NCBI RefSeq assembly: GCF_963921235.1 | Contig: NC_086108.1 | Coordinates: 28,956,001 to 29,020,000 of the forward strand | DNA from: Mobula hypostoma | Lineage: Eukaryota | Direction: 5' to 3' | DNA: 64,000 nt | Shown here: one piece after another, positions 1-13,079 of the stretch | Position numbering within the stretch: position 1 is the first letter of the stretch | How the letters are laid out: each line of letters opens with the position of its first letter | Notes under the pieces: generated by a model | Seen by the model: only the letters and a program-made list of their open reading frames with translations | Database searches by the model: none | What the model was told of the DNA's origin: nothing | Program-made: the position numbers and the translations under genes

Positions 1-564
1 TAAGGAATTTAATTTACAGCACTACTTAGTTCTCCATCTTTCTGCAACTGGACTCATGGTCTGTTACTCATGTTTCATCCACGTTGGTGTGCTAGAACTG
101 ATATACAGGCCTGAGGGTTAGGAGAGGAAAAAGAAAACTATTCAGGATCAGCTTTGGCAACTGTTACATATTAAAACTCTTGGCAGGAACAGTCTAATAT
201 CTTGCTGGGTGTTGAGGGAAATGCATCAATGTCAAACTGGCAAACAAATGGTGACCAATTCCATTGGTCTAGACCAGCCACTCCACCATATTAAATAACT
301 CCCAAAGGAAGCACACTAAAAACTGATGGAAAATAGGCAATTTGCAGCCCTACTTAGCTTTCCCCTCAAAGCAGTGATGGTCTGCAAGACAACAATAATT
401 GCCCTCCAATAAATACATTCTTAAATGAACTGTGAACAAAGGACACATGAAATTCTTCCACGCTTGCAAAAGATGCAATGAAGTGGCTTTGCGAGGACTT
501 AAAAGTAGTTTTGTGCGAGACAGCAAGGGAGCAAATCCCCGATGACATGCGTCACGAGTAAAGC

Positions 565-1342
565 CCTCCCCATCACTGAGCACAACGATCTCAAACGCTG
601 TCGCAGGAAAGCAGCATCGATCGTCAGGGACTCCCATCACCCAGGACATGCTCCCTTCTTGCTGCTATCATCAGGAACATGGTACAGGAAACTCAGGACT
701 CACACCACCAGGTTCAGGGTCGGTTCCTACCCTTTAACCATCAGGCTCTTGAAGCAAAGGGGATAACTTCACTTGCCCCATCAGTGAAATGTTCTCACAA
801 CATATGGACTCACTTTCAAGGACTCAATATATGCTCTCAATATTTATTGTTTATTTATTATTACTTTATTTTCCTACTTGCAGTTTGTTGTCTTTTGCAC
901 ACTAGCTGATTGCCCAAGTTGGTGCAGTCCTTCGTTTGTTCTGCTATGGTTATTATTCTAAGGATTTATTGAGTATGCCTGCAAGACAATGAACCTCAGG
1001 GTTGTACATGGTGACATTTTTTAACTTTATGTATTTACTATATAGCATGAAATAGGTCCTTCTAGCCCTTCAAGCCACACAGCCTAGCAATATCCCAATT
1101 TAACCCTCGCCTAATCACGGGACAATTGACAATGTCCAACTAACCTACCAACCGGTACGTCTTTGGACTGGGGGAGGAAACCCGAGCACCTGAAGGAAAC
1201 CACACAGTCACGGGGAGAGTGTACAAACTCCTTACAAGCAGCAGCACGAGTTAAACTCAGGTCATCCACACTGTAAAGCTTTGTGCTAACCATATGCTAC
1301 CGTGCCACCCATATAAGTAACTTGGTATAAACTTACTTTGAA
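565..1342 (+). mobile_element. Rex1/Babar-type LINE 3' fragment, interrupted by a SINE
   Basis: ORF 542..766 reads KAASIVRDSHHPGHAPFLLLSSG..RFRVGSYP..IRLL, the Rex1-like C-terminus. The 3' tail (..ctcagggttgtacatggtgacat..tttgaa) resumes after the SINE and resembles the tail at about 57970-58030. Confidence 0.75.
1035..1309 (-). mobile_element. tRNA-derived SINE
   Basis: Minus strand begins ggtggcacggtagcatatggttagc (A-box-like), then a B-box-like motif and the core gtactctccccgtgactgtgtggtttcc..ggtttcctccc. Related copies at about 10100-10275, 24189-24400 and 62470-62620. Confidence 0.75.
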
Positions 1343-2317
1343 TGCCTAACTGTTAGGTTTTTAGATGCAAAGTAGTCACCAGGGACAATACCATAGTAGT
1401 CTCCTGTCACGTTGAGAACTCCTGGCTGGTGTGCCCAAGGGCAGCAGTGAGGTAATGGAAGGTGGCACACAAGGCTATCAGAGGAGTCTGCAGTGGAGAC
1501 GAAGGACTTCAAGTCACTTGTAAACATCGTAGAGCTCATCTCCTTACAGGCAAGCTTTGTTTGAAGCTCGCATCCTTCCTTAAATACATGAATATTTCCT
1601 CTCGAACACTGAAGCCATGACATCACAGGTATTGTACACTGACTGGCGCCCTGTGCATGAAAACACACACAACTCAACTTGCCAAATTTGCTCAGACATT
1701 AGGTTAGGCAACTTGCATAAAGTAAATGCAACTTTTAATGCTACACAAATGACAATATTAACCCTAAACATCAGCCACCTCATCAACCAGAGAGGAACTC
1801 ACCACCTGGGGTCCACAGCCCCTTGCTTTACGGTATTGGTCCTTGGCTTAAAAAAGGTTGAGAACCCGTATTAAGAAATGGGAAGTAACCGTGTTGTGAA
1901 GATGCGGGAATCTATTGGTATTGATTTAGTATTGTCAAGTGCACTGAAATACAGTGAAAAGCTTGTCTTGCAGAGTGTTCATACAGAACAAATTATTACA
2001 GAGTGCATTGAGGTAGAACAATAACAATGCAGAATAAAAAATGTAACAGCTAAAGATGAAAAGCACAATAATAGAGCACTCAGAAAACAATACAGGTTGA
2101 AACTCTCTACTCTGGTACCCCTGGGACCAAACGAGTGCCAGATTACAGAAAGTCCAGACATTGAAATTAACCCAAAATCCCCTTTGAGGTAAACACTGCC
2201 TAATCTCTGTTTGCCAATTCACTGCATATTAACTGCTATTTCATAAAGGTAGAATACAGTACAAAGCTTACAACTGAAAGTACTGTACTTTCCTTTGTAT
2301 TTAATGCTGTTAAAACA

Positions 2318-3005
2318 GATAGAAACATAGAAAATCTACAGCACAATACAGGCCCTTCAGCCCACAAAGCTGGGCTGAACATGTCCTGACCTGAGAAATT
2401 ACCTAGGGTTACCCATAATCCTCTATTTTTCTGAGCTCCATGTACCTATCCAGGAGTCTCTTAAAAGATCCTATTGTATCTGCCTCCACCACTGTCGCCA
2501 GCAGCCCATTCCGTGCACTCACCCCACTCTCTGTGTAAAAAACTTCCCCCTACTTCCAAGCACCTTAAAACTGTGCCCTCTTGTGCTAGCCATTTCAGTC
2601 CTGGGAAAAAGCCTCTGACTATCCAAATGATCAATGCCTTTCATCATCTTATACACCTCTGTCAGATCACCTCTCATCCTCCGTCGCTCCAAGGAGAAAA
2701 GGCCAAGTTCACCTATCCAGGCTCCCCAATCCAGGCAACATCCTTATAAATCTCCTCTGCACCCTTTCTATGGTTTCCACATCCTTCCTGTAGTGAGGCG
2801 ACCAGAACTGAGCACAGTACTCCAAGTGGAGTCTGACCTTGGTCCTAAACAGCTGCAACATTACTTCTCGGCTCCTAAACTCAATCCCACGATTGATGAA
2901 AGCCAATGCACGTATGCTTTCTTAACCACAAAGTCAACCTGCGCAGCAACTTTGATTGTCCTACGGACTCGGACCCCAAGATCCCTCTGATCCTCCACAC
3001 TGCCA
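2318..3005 (-). mobile_element. CR1 LINE 3' fragment
   Basis: ORF 2709..2906 LEYCAQFWSPHYRKDVETIERVQRRF is the CR1 ORF2 C-terminus. A (ttctatgt)n-like tail lies at the low-coordinate end. Confidence 0.9.
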
Positions 3006-3051
3006 TATATAATACAATAATGATTAAGAGAAAATGCATATAAACGAAGTT

Positions 3052-3087
3052 AGTCCTGACAAAGGGTCTCGGCCTGAAACGTCGACT
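3052..3087 (+). ncRNA. Hammerhead ribozyme motif in a Penelope 3' fragment (about 3048-3152), G8->A core mutation
   Basis: AGTC CTGACAA A GGGTCTCGGCCT GAAAC GTC GACT. It differs from the intact copy at 51386-51421 only at core G8. Confidence 0.7.
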
Positions 3088-3671
3088 GCACCTCTTCCTA
3101 GAGATGCTGCCTGGCCTGCTGCGTTCACCAGCAACTTTGATGTGTGTTGTATAAACAAAGCTGCTGGCTTGATGCCTCAAATACAGCTGCCCTGCAAACG
3201 AAGGTACCCAATTCAAATCATGTCGGGTCACAGGAGTTGTTGGACCAGAGTGGAGAACTTCAGCCTGCAATTGGATTGGAAAATTCAGCTGAGTTCTTTA
3301 CTTACCAGAAATTATAAAGGAGTGCCATTTTGGGTATATCCGGACTCTGAGATGGTCTTTGGTTACATGGCCCAAGAGAGATGACTAAATAAAGTTCAAG
3401 GGCGTAGTTTTGAGGCAATTCTACTGCCGAAGTTTGGGGACTGGTTAAAAGAAAGACAGGTCTACCTCACAAACTTAGGATTAAGAGACTGATCAGAGGC
3501 CGGTGTAGAGACCAGTGTTGGAAACACACTTTTCGCAATCTATAGCGATTAATCAGGCACAGTATATCTAACTTTGCATACCATACAAAGCTCAGACTGT
3601 AGACTGTGAGGGAGATACAGGAAGGCTAGATGACTGAGCAAAGACATGGCAGATAAAGAAAACTGTGAGCT

Positions 3672-3843
3672 TAAAAAAATGTTGGAGGAACTCAGCAGGC
3701 CAGGCAGCATCTATGGAAAAGGCTAAGCAGTTGATGCTTCAGGGCGAGACCCTTCATCAAGTTTGTCCTTTTCTGTTGAGTTCTTCCAACATTTTGTGTG
3801 TGTTGTCTGGATCTTCAGCATCTGCAGATTCTTCTCATGCTTT
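3672..3843. mobile_element. Short fold-back Penelope-terminus element with degenerate HHR
   Basis: aaaatgttggaggaactcagcagg.. is followed by its inverse ..ctgttgagttcttccaacatttt. A decayed HHR lies on the minus strand at about 3728-3760. Confidence 0.65.
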
Positions 3844-4685
3844 AAGTTAAATACCAGTAAACAATTAAGGAATCAGGAGTACATCACTCTTTATTGCAAA
3901 AAAATTGGAGTACAGGAAATATGCTTCAATTATGTAAAGCCTGCTGAGACTACATCTGGAAGTTCATGTGCGGGTTTACAGAAGGTATACACTTGCAATA
4001 GAGAGAATATTCCGAAGGTCCATCATTCTGATCCCTGGGAGGGAAAGAGAGTGACTCAAAAGAGTATGCAGACTGGACCCGTACTCAGCAGAGTTTAGAG
4101 GAACAAGCGGTGCTCTTGCTCCAAAGTACAAAATTCAGACTGGGCTTGATGGAGTAGGCAGATACTCCTAGATAGGCGTATTTAGGAGGAATTGCGATCT
4201 CAAAATAAAAGAGGCGAGAAGTTTTTTCATTCAGTGTAGTGAAGATTTGCAATATTCTACTGTTGGGTATGTAGACCTAATCTGTGTAATATATTCAAGG
4301 CAGAGTTTGATAGATTTTTAAATATCAAGGGAATGAAGGACGTGGGACTGGTGCAAGAAAGAGGCACATAGAGAAAGCAAATTCAGTCATGATCCTACTG
4401 ACAGGAGGGAGGCTGACGACCTCTGCCAGCTTGCATTTGTTAGGTGTACAAATGCAAGCTAACAGTCCTCATAGTTCAGTGAGTCACTAGACAGCAGGAA
4501 GTACTAGAGTTAAGAATAAACAGTATCTGTGAAGCATCTTATCACATCTCTCCACAACATTGGCAAGCACTACTTTTAATTGTGGCAGATGATACAAGAA
4601 TCATGGTGGCATCTTGCATGGCAGATTGAGGGAGGAAAAAAAACGGGGGGAAGGGCAAGGGCTGAAAGAGGGGGAGGGGAAGGGG

Positions 4686-5499
4686 AGTGGATTCTGTTTA
4701 ATTGGGACAATTTGAACCAGTACATTTTGGCCCAATTAAACCGCTGCCGCAATTAGCCAGATTGTCTTGGAAGAAGGTTAAAAAAGGTATATAAAAAATA
4801 CAAACTAATTAACAATTTATGTATTTATATAAAATAAAGAACAAATTTAAACACTACCAATACTACCGCAGTATTATAAAACTTTTTTATGTTCTTAATA
4901 GTTATAAACGGAGGAATTCATTCAGTGTATGCAGGCATGTGATTTAGATTGACTGTAAATAAACAAAATTAGTGCAGATAATGGACTACCTTCAAACAAT
5001 GCTTCAGACAATTGCATACTCCAAGTTTTCATTTTCATTGTAACATTCAAGGTAATTGTTGATACCTTCAAATTCTTCAAAGTTCCTAACTTGAAGTAGT
5101 AAAATTGTTGCATTTTCACTCCCAGTTATCTCTGGCATCTCCAAGTCTGAATGCTTAAAACTGCAGTGAGCAAAACGGTTCTGAATTGTCTTACTGCACA
5201 TTTCTCTCCAACTATCAGTGACAAAAATCACTGCTTTTTGAACACAAACACAAGTGACATTATTTAAAAGCTGTTCACTTGAAGCATGGTATAGTGTCTG
5301 TCGGCCACACAACTGCAAGTGACTGACGCTAGCTGGAACCAGTTCGGCAACAGTCTCCTGCCCCAATTAAGCAGGATAGTGTCCCAAATAACCAAAGGGT
5401 ATCCCGGCAGTTTTCTCGATTAGTTTTTGTTCTTTAAGAGTTGTCCCGAATAAGAGGTCATCCCAATTAACCAACGGGCTGATTAACCAGAATCCACAG
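4686..5499 (-). mobile_element. Tigger/pogo-type non-autonomous DNA transposon
   Basis: Inverted ends agtggattctgtttaatt / attaaccagaatccacag followed by TA. ORF 5004..5366 holds a transposase C-terminal remnant (DSWREMCSKTIQNRFAHCSF). Confidence 0.7.
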
Positions 5500-6139
5500 T
5501 ATTTTCCATTGCCGTGTTCTCCACTGTGATGTAGCAAATGCAAAAGTCCACATTCAAATGCTAGACACACTATTTTCCAACTTGATAGATGCTTTCTTTT
5601 AAAACTCCTACTTATTAGGAACCCATTCTCCACATTGCCCCAGTCTCCCACTGAGCAGAAAAGCAACTAGATAGAATGAGTGGAACACAGCAGTGACAAA
5701 TGCAAAACAACTGTTTCCATAACTGAATGTTTCTTTCATTTAAGGCCATCTGTGGTCATTTCAAAGCAACTTTTCGTGACTGCAACATTCTAACAGCAGC
5801 ATCTGAAGCTCAGCATTTATCCAGCAGAAGCCTCTTTCAGTTGACTTGGTTCAAAAATTATGAATCATCTGTGCACTACAGTAATCCTACTGGAATGCAC
5901 TTCTAATTGATAAAAGTAAGTCTTCTCCCTCCCCCCCCCCAAATTCATAATTATTACATGAGACTATAACAATGAAAGCAGCTGCAAACACCAAGCTTAA
6001 GCAAGGAGGTCACTAACTTATATTTAAAACTCCAATGACACAAGGGATATAAAAAAAAATACCAACAAGTGAAAGCATAACCACTCACAATAAAAACAGC
6101 TGAAAAGAATGATTCTTGTTTTCCAAAGTTCTTGCCTCC

Positions 6140-6263
6140 ATCCTATCAGCCTGAAACATCGACTGCACCTCTACCTACAGATGCTGCCTGGCCTGCTGCG
6201 TTCACCAGCAACTTTGATGTGTGTTGCTTGAATTTCCAGCATCTGCAGAATTCCTGTTGTTTG
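6140..6263 (+). mobile_element. Penelope 3' terminal fragment (half HHR)
   Basis: Near-identical to the reverse complement of about 42515-42635, the end of the GIY-YIG element. Confidence 0.8.
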
Positions 6264-6559
6264 AGCTTCATCTCTTCTTTGAGCAGGATATTTTCAGTAG
6301 CCATGCAGATAGTGGTATATTTTTCTGATGAGAAGGTTAAACAGCCTGTACCCAGATGCCAGAGCGCAAATTTCATGTTGTGCCCTCAGCCAATATTTAT
6401 TCTTGAACTCACATCATTGAGGAGAATTATCTGCTGACACATCTCAGTACTGCTGCTTCTGGAACTTCTTCACCAGGCAAACATACTTCTGGCAATTTCA
6501 ATATTATTAGACTTGTACTTCATTGGCTTTGATACTTTGGCGAGGTCCTGTGGTGTGCT

Positions 6560-7795
6560 TCACTCATTCAAGCTGCTGTCCCCACAGGCTTCAAATCAGG
6601 CACCATCACCCCAGTGCCAAAGAACTCTATACTTTCAAAACTAAACAACTATCGTCCAGTGCCACTGACACCAATCATCATGAAGAGCTTTGAACAGCTG
6701 GTAATGGTACACGTCAAAACTCCATTCCTGCCACAGTGGTCCTTACTGACAGGAGCACTCTACCACAGATGCTATAGTATCTGTCATTCACCTGGCCCTG
6801 AGACATCTAAAAAACAAAGATACTTATGCCAGAATGCTTTTTCTGAATTTCAATTTGGCATTCAACACCGTTGTCCAACAGACCTCGGTGAACAAACTTC
6901 TAGTCCTCAGTCTAAATACAGCACTGTACAACTGGGTGTTGGACTTCCTAGCTAACAGACTTCTGATAGTCAGGTCAGATCACAACTGCTCTTCTCTCCA
7001 CATCATTCTCAATGTATCCCAGGGATGTGTGATGAGCCACTGCCATACATTGTACTCACACATGAACCGCATGGCCAATCAACTGAGTATTCACATTGTC
7101 AAGTTCACCAAAGACAAAAGTGCTGGGGGATCATCACTAACAATGATGAGTCGACCTATAAAGAGGAGGTAGAAGAGTCTGAGGCCTGGTGCCAAGCAAA
7201 TAGCCTCTTGCTCAATGTCAACAACACAAAGAAGATGGTTATTGGTTTCAGGAGAATTCGCACCACTCACACGCCTCTTTATATTAGCAGCATAGCAGTG
7301 GAAACTCTGCAGTTTCACAGTGGACACTGCACTACAGCAGACAGGAAGGCCTAACAATGGGTAGTCAAAACTGCCGCCAAGGACATACATGCAGAAAGGT
7401 ACCAGAAGGAGGCTAATAACATCATGAAGGATCCCACCCATCCTGCTCATGGACTGTTTGTCCCACTCCCATCAGAGAGAAGGCTACATAGCATCCACAG
7501 CGGGACCAGCACACTCAGAAACAGTTACTTTCCCCAAGCAGCAAGTCTGATCAACACTTCCCATTCCTCCACATCTTCCAACCACCAGTTTCTGTTGGTC
7601 ACCTTACGTATAGACGTTCCTGTGCCTAGCTTCACTTTGTGGACATACAGTCAATGTATATAAGCCACCTTATGTATTTATAGGTTTTTATTAATGTGTT
7701 CTTTACCTTATTGATTTTTTGCCGCATTGTACTTGAAGTAATAATTATCTTGTTCTCCTTTATACTTGTGTACTGGAAATGACAATCTTGAATCT
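6560..7795 (+). mobile_element. Degenerate Rex1/Babar LINE (RT region and 3' end)
   Basis: Frameshifted RT pieces [48 protein letters not shown] and MKDPTHPAHGLF; tail cttgaatctt. Confidence 0.85.
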
Positions 7796-8591
7796 TAGAA
7801 AGCACTGATTCTTTCCTGCTGCCTCCATAAACCAACTGACAGCCCCATTTTTCAGCTGAACAGTACAGAGGCATTTTGGCATTGAAGTTCAAAACTCCCC
7901 GATAGTCCCACAAGTGGAAAGGTGGCAGATGGCATAGTTATCGTCATTAGTTGAGGCACTGAGTTCAGGAGTCATTAAGTTATATTGCAGCTTTAAAAAA
8001 ATTCTCATTAGGCAGCATCTGAGTTATTACATTCAATTCTGTGACTCCACTCAAAGAAGAATGTGGCGACCTTAGAGAAGGTGCAGGAGAGGTTTAGCAG
8101 GACACTGCCTGGATTAGAGAGAATGTACTATAATGAGAGTTTGAGCTTCTTTTTTGGAGCAGCAGAGGGTGAAGGGAGACGTGACAGGACATCATAAAGG
8201 CACAGATATAGTAGACAGCTGGCATCTTTAGCACTGGATTGAAATATCTTATACTAAAGGGCATATATATAGAAATGTGTTGGACAGTAATATCATGAAG
8301 GATCACGCACAACCTGCTCATGGACTGTTTGTCCCACTCCCAGAGAAGAGGCTACACAACATCCGCACCAGGAACAATAGATAGGGAAATAAAGTCTCCC
8401 AAGCCGTCAAGCTGACAAACACCTCGACCCATTAACCCATCCCACCAACACTACACACACATAACCTAGCATCACTTTACGTACATACTGTCTATGTGCA
8501 TAACGGTTACTGAACGGTATGTTTATAGGATTGCTTTTATATTTATCTTGAGGGTTTTATTTGGACTTTTATTGTGTTCTTTATGCTTTAA

Positions 8592-9160
8592 ATTTCCTGG
8601 TTCGGAAATTGCACCATCCCAGATCGCAAGACCCTGCAGTGGATAGTGAGGTCAGCTGAGAAGATCATTGGAGTCTCTCTTCCCGCCATCACAGACATTT
8701 ACACCACACGCTGCATCCACAAAGCAAACAGCATTATGAAGGACCCCATGCACCCCTCATATAAACTCTTCTCCCTCCTGCCATCTGGAAAAAGGTACCG
8801 AAGCATTCGGGCTCTCACGACCAGACTATGTAACAGTTTCTTCCCCCAAGCCATCAGACTCCTCAATACCCAGAGCCTGGACTGACACCAGCCTACTGCC
8901 CTCTACTGTGCCTATTGTCTTGTTTATTATTTATTATTATTTATTGTAGTGCCTGCACTGTTTTGTGCACTTTATGCAGTCCTGGATAGGTCTGTAGTCT
9001 AGTGTAGTTTTTGTGTTTTTTCTTACATAGTTCAGGGTAGTTTATGTATTGTGTCATGTAGCACCATGGTCCTGGAAAATGTTGCCTCATTTTTATTTTG
9101 TGCTGTACCAGCAGTTATGGTTGAAATGACAATAAAAAGTGACTTGACTTGACTTGACTT
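8592..9160 (+). mobile_element. Rex1/Babar LINE 3' fragment nested in an older Rex1 tail
   Basis: ORF 8646..8885 ..IMKDPMHPSYKLFSLLPSGKRYRSI..NSFFPQAIRLLN; aataaa followed by a (gactt)n tail at 9141-9160. Confidence 0.9.
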
Positions 9161-9658
9161 ATTGTGTTTTTGTACTACATCAGATCCTTTACACTCATGA
9201 ACTGAAGAAAAACGATAAACAATCTTGAATGCATTTCAGGTGAAAGGAGGGTAGGATTTCAAAACAGGTTGTGCAGGGCATGTTGATTTATTTCTTTTAA
9301 ACAAAGAGAACGTGGGTGCCAGAAAAGTGCCAGGGTGGGGGTGAAGGCAAATTCAGAACAGATGTTTACGTGGCTCTGAGATACGGACCATAGACAATCA
9401 AAAGAAATTAGTTTAATGAAACATTATTTGCGTAGTTAGTCTGACATGGTGTGCCAAGAGTCTGCTCCTGTATTGTACTGATCTATATTCTACAGGAGAC
9501 CCTGACAGGTTACAGTAGCATTGTAGTGAACGACTAAACCAGAAACCAGCTAGGATCGTCATGTGAAGGCAGAAGTTCAAATCTACAATGGTAGCCAGAA
9601 AATTTAGTACTCAGTTAATAGGGACCATGGAGTTACCTAACTCTAATAAACTCCAATC

Positions 9659-9896
9659 TGTGGCAACACACACACAAAGTGCTGGAGGAACTCAGCAGGC
9701 CAGGCAGCATCTATGGAAAAGAGTAAACAGTCGACGTTTCGGGCCGAGACCATTCATCAGGATGGAAAGAAAGACGGGAAGTCTGAGTTATAAGGTGAGG
9801 GGAGGGGAGGAAGAGATACAAGGTGATAGGTGACAGGTGACATGTTCCCAGGATTTGGGCATTTTGTGTGTGTTGTTGCGGATTCTCATGTTTCTG
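9659..9896. mobile_element. Fold-back Penelope-terminus element with HHR (minus strand, 9729-9763)
   Basis: Inverted ends gcaacacacacacaaagtgc / gcattttgtgtgtgttgttgc. Flanking aaactccaatc (9648-9658) and aaactcccatc (9897-9907) form a candidate TSD. HHR core CTGATGA..GAAACGTC is intact. Confidence 0.7.
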
Positions 9897-10474
9897 AAAC
9901 TCCCATCCGTGTTCATTCAAATCCAATAAAGGGCATTCACTGTACTGACACAGCCTTGCTTTTATTCAACTCCAGCCCTACAACAAAGGCATTAAATCTC
10001 ACAGACAGCATGGGATCAGACTCTTTGGCCGAGTCCTCACCATCTCTATCAGTCTCATTCTCTCTACATTCTAGCAACAGAACCCGCTAGATTCTACCAC
10101 TTACTACACACCAGGAGCAACTTGCTCCGGTCCTTTAGCTTTGGGATGCAGGAGGAAATCGAAACACCCAGAGGAAAGCCACAGAGACTGCAGACTACAC
10201 AGAGAAGACAGAGGTCAGGATTGTACCTAGATTTCTGGCCCTGTGAGACAGCGGCTCTTCCAGCTGTGCCGAAGTGTGGCCTATACCACGCTCTGAGATG
10301 TAATTGCAGTTCACTCATTTCAAGGGCCAAAGCCAAATGGTCTGCTTCTGCTGACCTTAGTAGCAATGACTCCTTTGTGAACCAAGCAGAAGAAACTGAA
10401 GGCTGCAAGGAATCACTGCTGCCCTGGTTCCGATGCTACCAGGAGTGCACAAATATAGACTGGCCATCAGGAGC

Positions 10475-10945
10475 AGAATCAGAATTCAAGTCTATTAGCA
10501 CTAATGTATGCTGTGAAATTTGTTGTTTTGCAGCAGCAGTAAAGTGCAATATATAAAAGTGACTCTAGATAAATAAACAGTGCTAAATAAGAGCATAATA
10601 GCGAGGTGGTACTCATGCACCATTCTGAAATTTGTTGGCAGAGGGAAGCTATTCTTAAAACATTAAGTGTGCATCTTCAGGCTCCTGAATCTCCGTGATG
10701 AGAATGGGCATGTCCTGGATGACAAGGGTCCTTAATGATGGATGCCACCTTCTTGAGGTATCGCCATCCAAAGATGTTCTCAATGATGGGAAGGCTAGTG
10801 TCCATCATGGAACTGGCCTCTGCAGCTTTTTCCCATCCGGTGCATTGGTGCCTCCATAGCAGGTGGTGATGCAATTGATGCAACCAGTTAGAATACTGTC
10901 AACAGTACATGCATAGGAACTTGCTGGTCTTTGGTGATATACCGA
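10475..10945 (-). mobile_element. Rex1/Babar LINE 3' fragment
   Basis: ORF 10677..10883 LKKVASIIKDPCHPGHA; (ttctga)n-like tail near 10475. Confidence 0.75.
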
Positions 10946-11387
10946 AAGTCAAGGTTACAAAGTATATTTATTATCAATGTTGTACAGTTTCCAACCCTGA
11001 GATTTGTCTTCCCACAGGGATTTACAAACACCATACACATTACAAACACCATTTAAAGTAAAATTCTACTCAAGGACCAAACATCCAACGCCTGAAAAAA
11101 AAAAGAACAAATTGTGCAAAAAATAAGAAGCGAGCAAATAACACATACATTAAACATCAAACCGCAGAGTCCCTGAAGGAGAGTCCACATCCACAAGCCG
11201 TCGAGGTGAGTGAAGGCAGTCCAGAAGCTGATAGCCACAAGCCAGGGCCACGGAGTCAGCCAGTTCGTTCCTCAGGCTCTTAATGAAATATAGTCACTAG
11301 GATGCCTTCTTTGTAATTACATCAGTGGCATGGTACCAGGATCGATCTTCAGAGACATTGACAAAATTTGAGATGCTCATCCTTTCT

Positions 11388-13079
11388 GCTCATCCCCCAC
11401 ATGAGCCATCTGTTGTCGGCCCCCAACCAACACATATTCCACTCTTCCCTCTTACCACTCCTCACAGTCTCCCGCCCTGCTCTCATGACTATATCCCTTC
11501 CCCACACGAAACCACCACGGTGGGCTTCAAAGCTGAACAGGTGAGAAGACAGCTGAAACGTCTCAACCCAAGCAAGGCTGCAGGACCGGATGGTATCAGT
11601 ACCAGGGTGCTCAAAGCCTGTGCCCCTCAGCTATGTGGAGTACTTCACCATGTATTCAACCTGAGCCTGAGGCTCCGGAGGGTTCCTGTACCTTGGAAGA
11701 CGTCCTGCCTCGTCCCTGTGCCGAAGACGCCGCACCCCAGTGGCCTCAATGACTACAGACCGGTGGCACTGACCTCCCACATCTTGAAGACCCTGGACAG
11801 ACTTGTTCTGGAGCTGCTCCGGCCTATGGTCAGGCCACACTTAGATCCCCTCCAGTTCGCCTACCAGCCCCGACTAGGAATTGAGGATGCCATCGTCTAC
11901 CTGCTGAACCGTGTCTACGCCCACCTGAACAAGCCAGCGAGCACTGTGAAGGTCATGGTTTTTGACTACTCCAGTGCATTCAACACCATCCGCCCTGCTC
12001 TGCTGGGGGAGAAGCTGACAGCGATGCAGGTGGATGCTTTCCTGGTAGCATGCATTCTTGATTACCTGACTGGCAGACCACAGTATTTGTGCTTGCAACA
12101 CTGTGTGTCCGACAGAGTGATCATCAACACTGGGGCTCCACAGGGGACTGTCTTGTCTTCACCATTTACACCTCGGACTTCAACTACTGCACAGAGTCTT
12201 GTCATCTTCAGAAGTTTTCGGATGGCTCTGCCATAGTTGGATGCATCAGCAAGGGAGATGAGGCTGAGTACAGGGCTACAGTAGGAAACTTTGTCACATG
12301 GTGTGAGCAGAATTATCTGCAGCTTAATGTGAAAAAGACTAAGGAGCTGGTGGTAGACCTGAGGAGAGCTAAGGTAACGGTGACCCCTGTTTCCATCCAG
12401 GGGGTCAGTGTGGACATGGTGAAGGATTACAAATACCTGGGGATACAAATTGACAATAAACTGGACTGGTCAAAGAACAGTGAGGCTGTCTACAAGAAGG
12501 GTCAGAGCCGTCTCTATTTCCTGAGGAGACTGAGGTCCTTTAACATCTGCCGGACAATGCTGAGGATGTTCTACGAGTCTGTGGTGGCCAGTGCTATCTT
12601 GTTTGCTGTTGTGTGCTGGGGCAGCAGGCTGAGGGCAGCAGACACCAACAGAATCAACAAACTCATTCGTAAGGCCAGTGATGTTGTGGGGATGGAACTG
12701 AACTCTCTCACAGTGGTGTCTGAAAAGAGGATGCTGTCTAAGTTGCATGCCATCTTGGTCAATGTCTCCCATCCACTACATAATGTACTGGGTGGGCACA
12801 GGAGTACATTCAGCCAGAGACTCATTCCACCGAGATGCAACACAAGAGCGTCATAGGAAGTCATTCCTGCCTGTGGCCATCAAACTTTACAGCTCCTCCC
12901 TTGGAGGGTCAGACACCCTGAGCCAATAGGCTGGTCCTGGACTTATTTCATAATTTACTGGCATAATTTACATATTACTATTTAACTATTTATGGTTCTA
13001 TTACTATTTATTATTTATGGTGCAACTGTAACAAAAACCAATTTCCCCCGGGATCAATAAAGTATGACTATGACTATTA
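11388..13079 (+). mobile_element. 5'-truncated young Rex1/Babar LINE with frameshifted reverse transcriptase
   Basis: ORFs 11325..12236 (KAAGPDG, NDYRPVALTS, DPLQFAY, DYSSAFNTI, GAPQGTVLS) and 12089..12856 (KFSDGS, YKYLG). It ends aataaa+(tatgac)n and is inserted in a minus-strand Rex1 relic. Confidence 0.92.
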
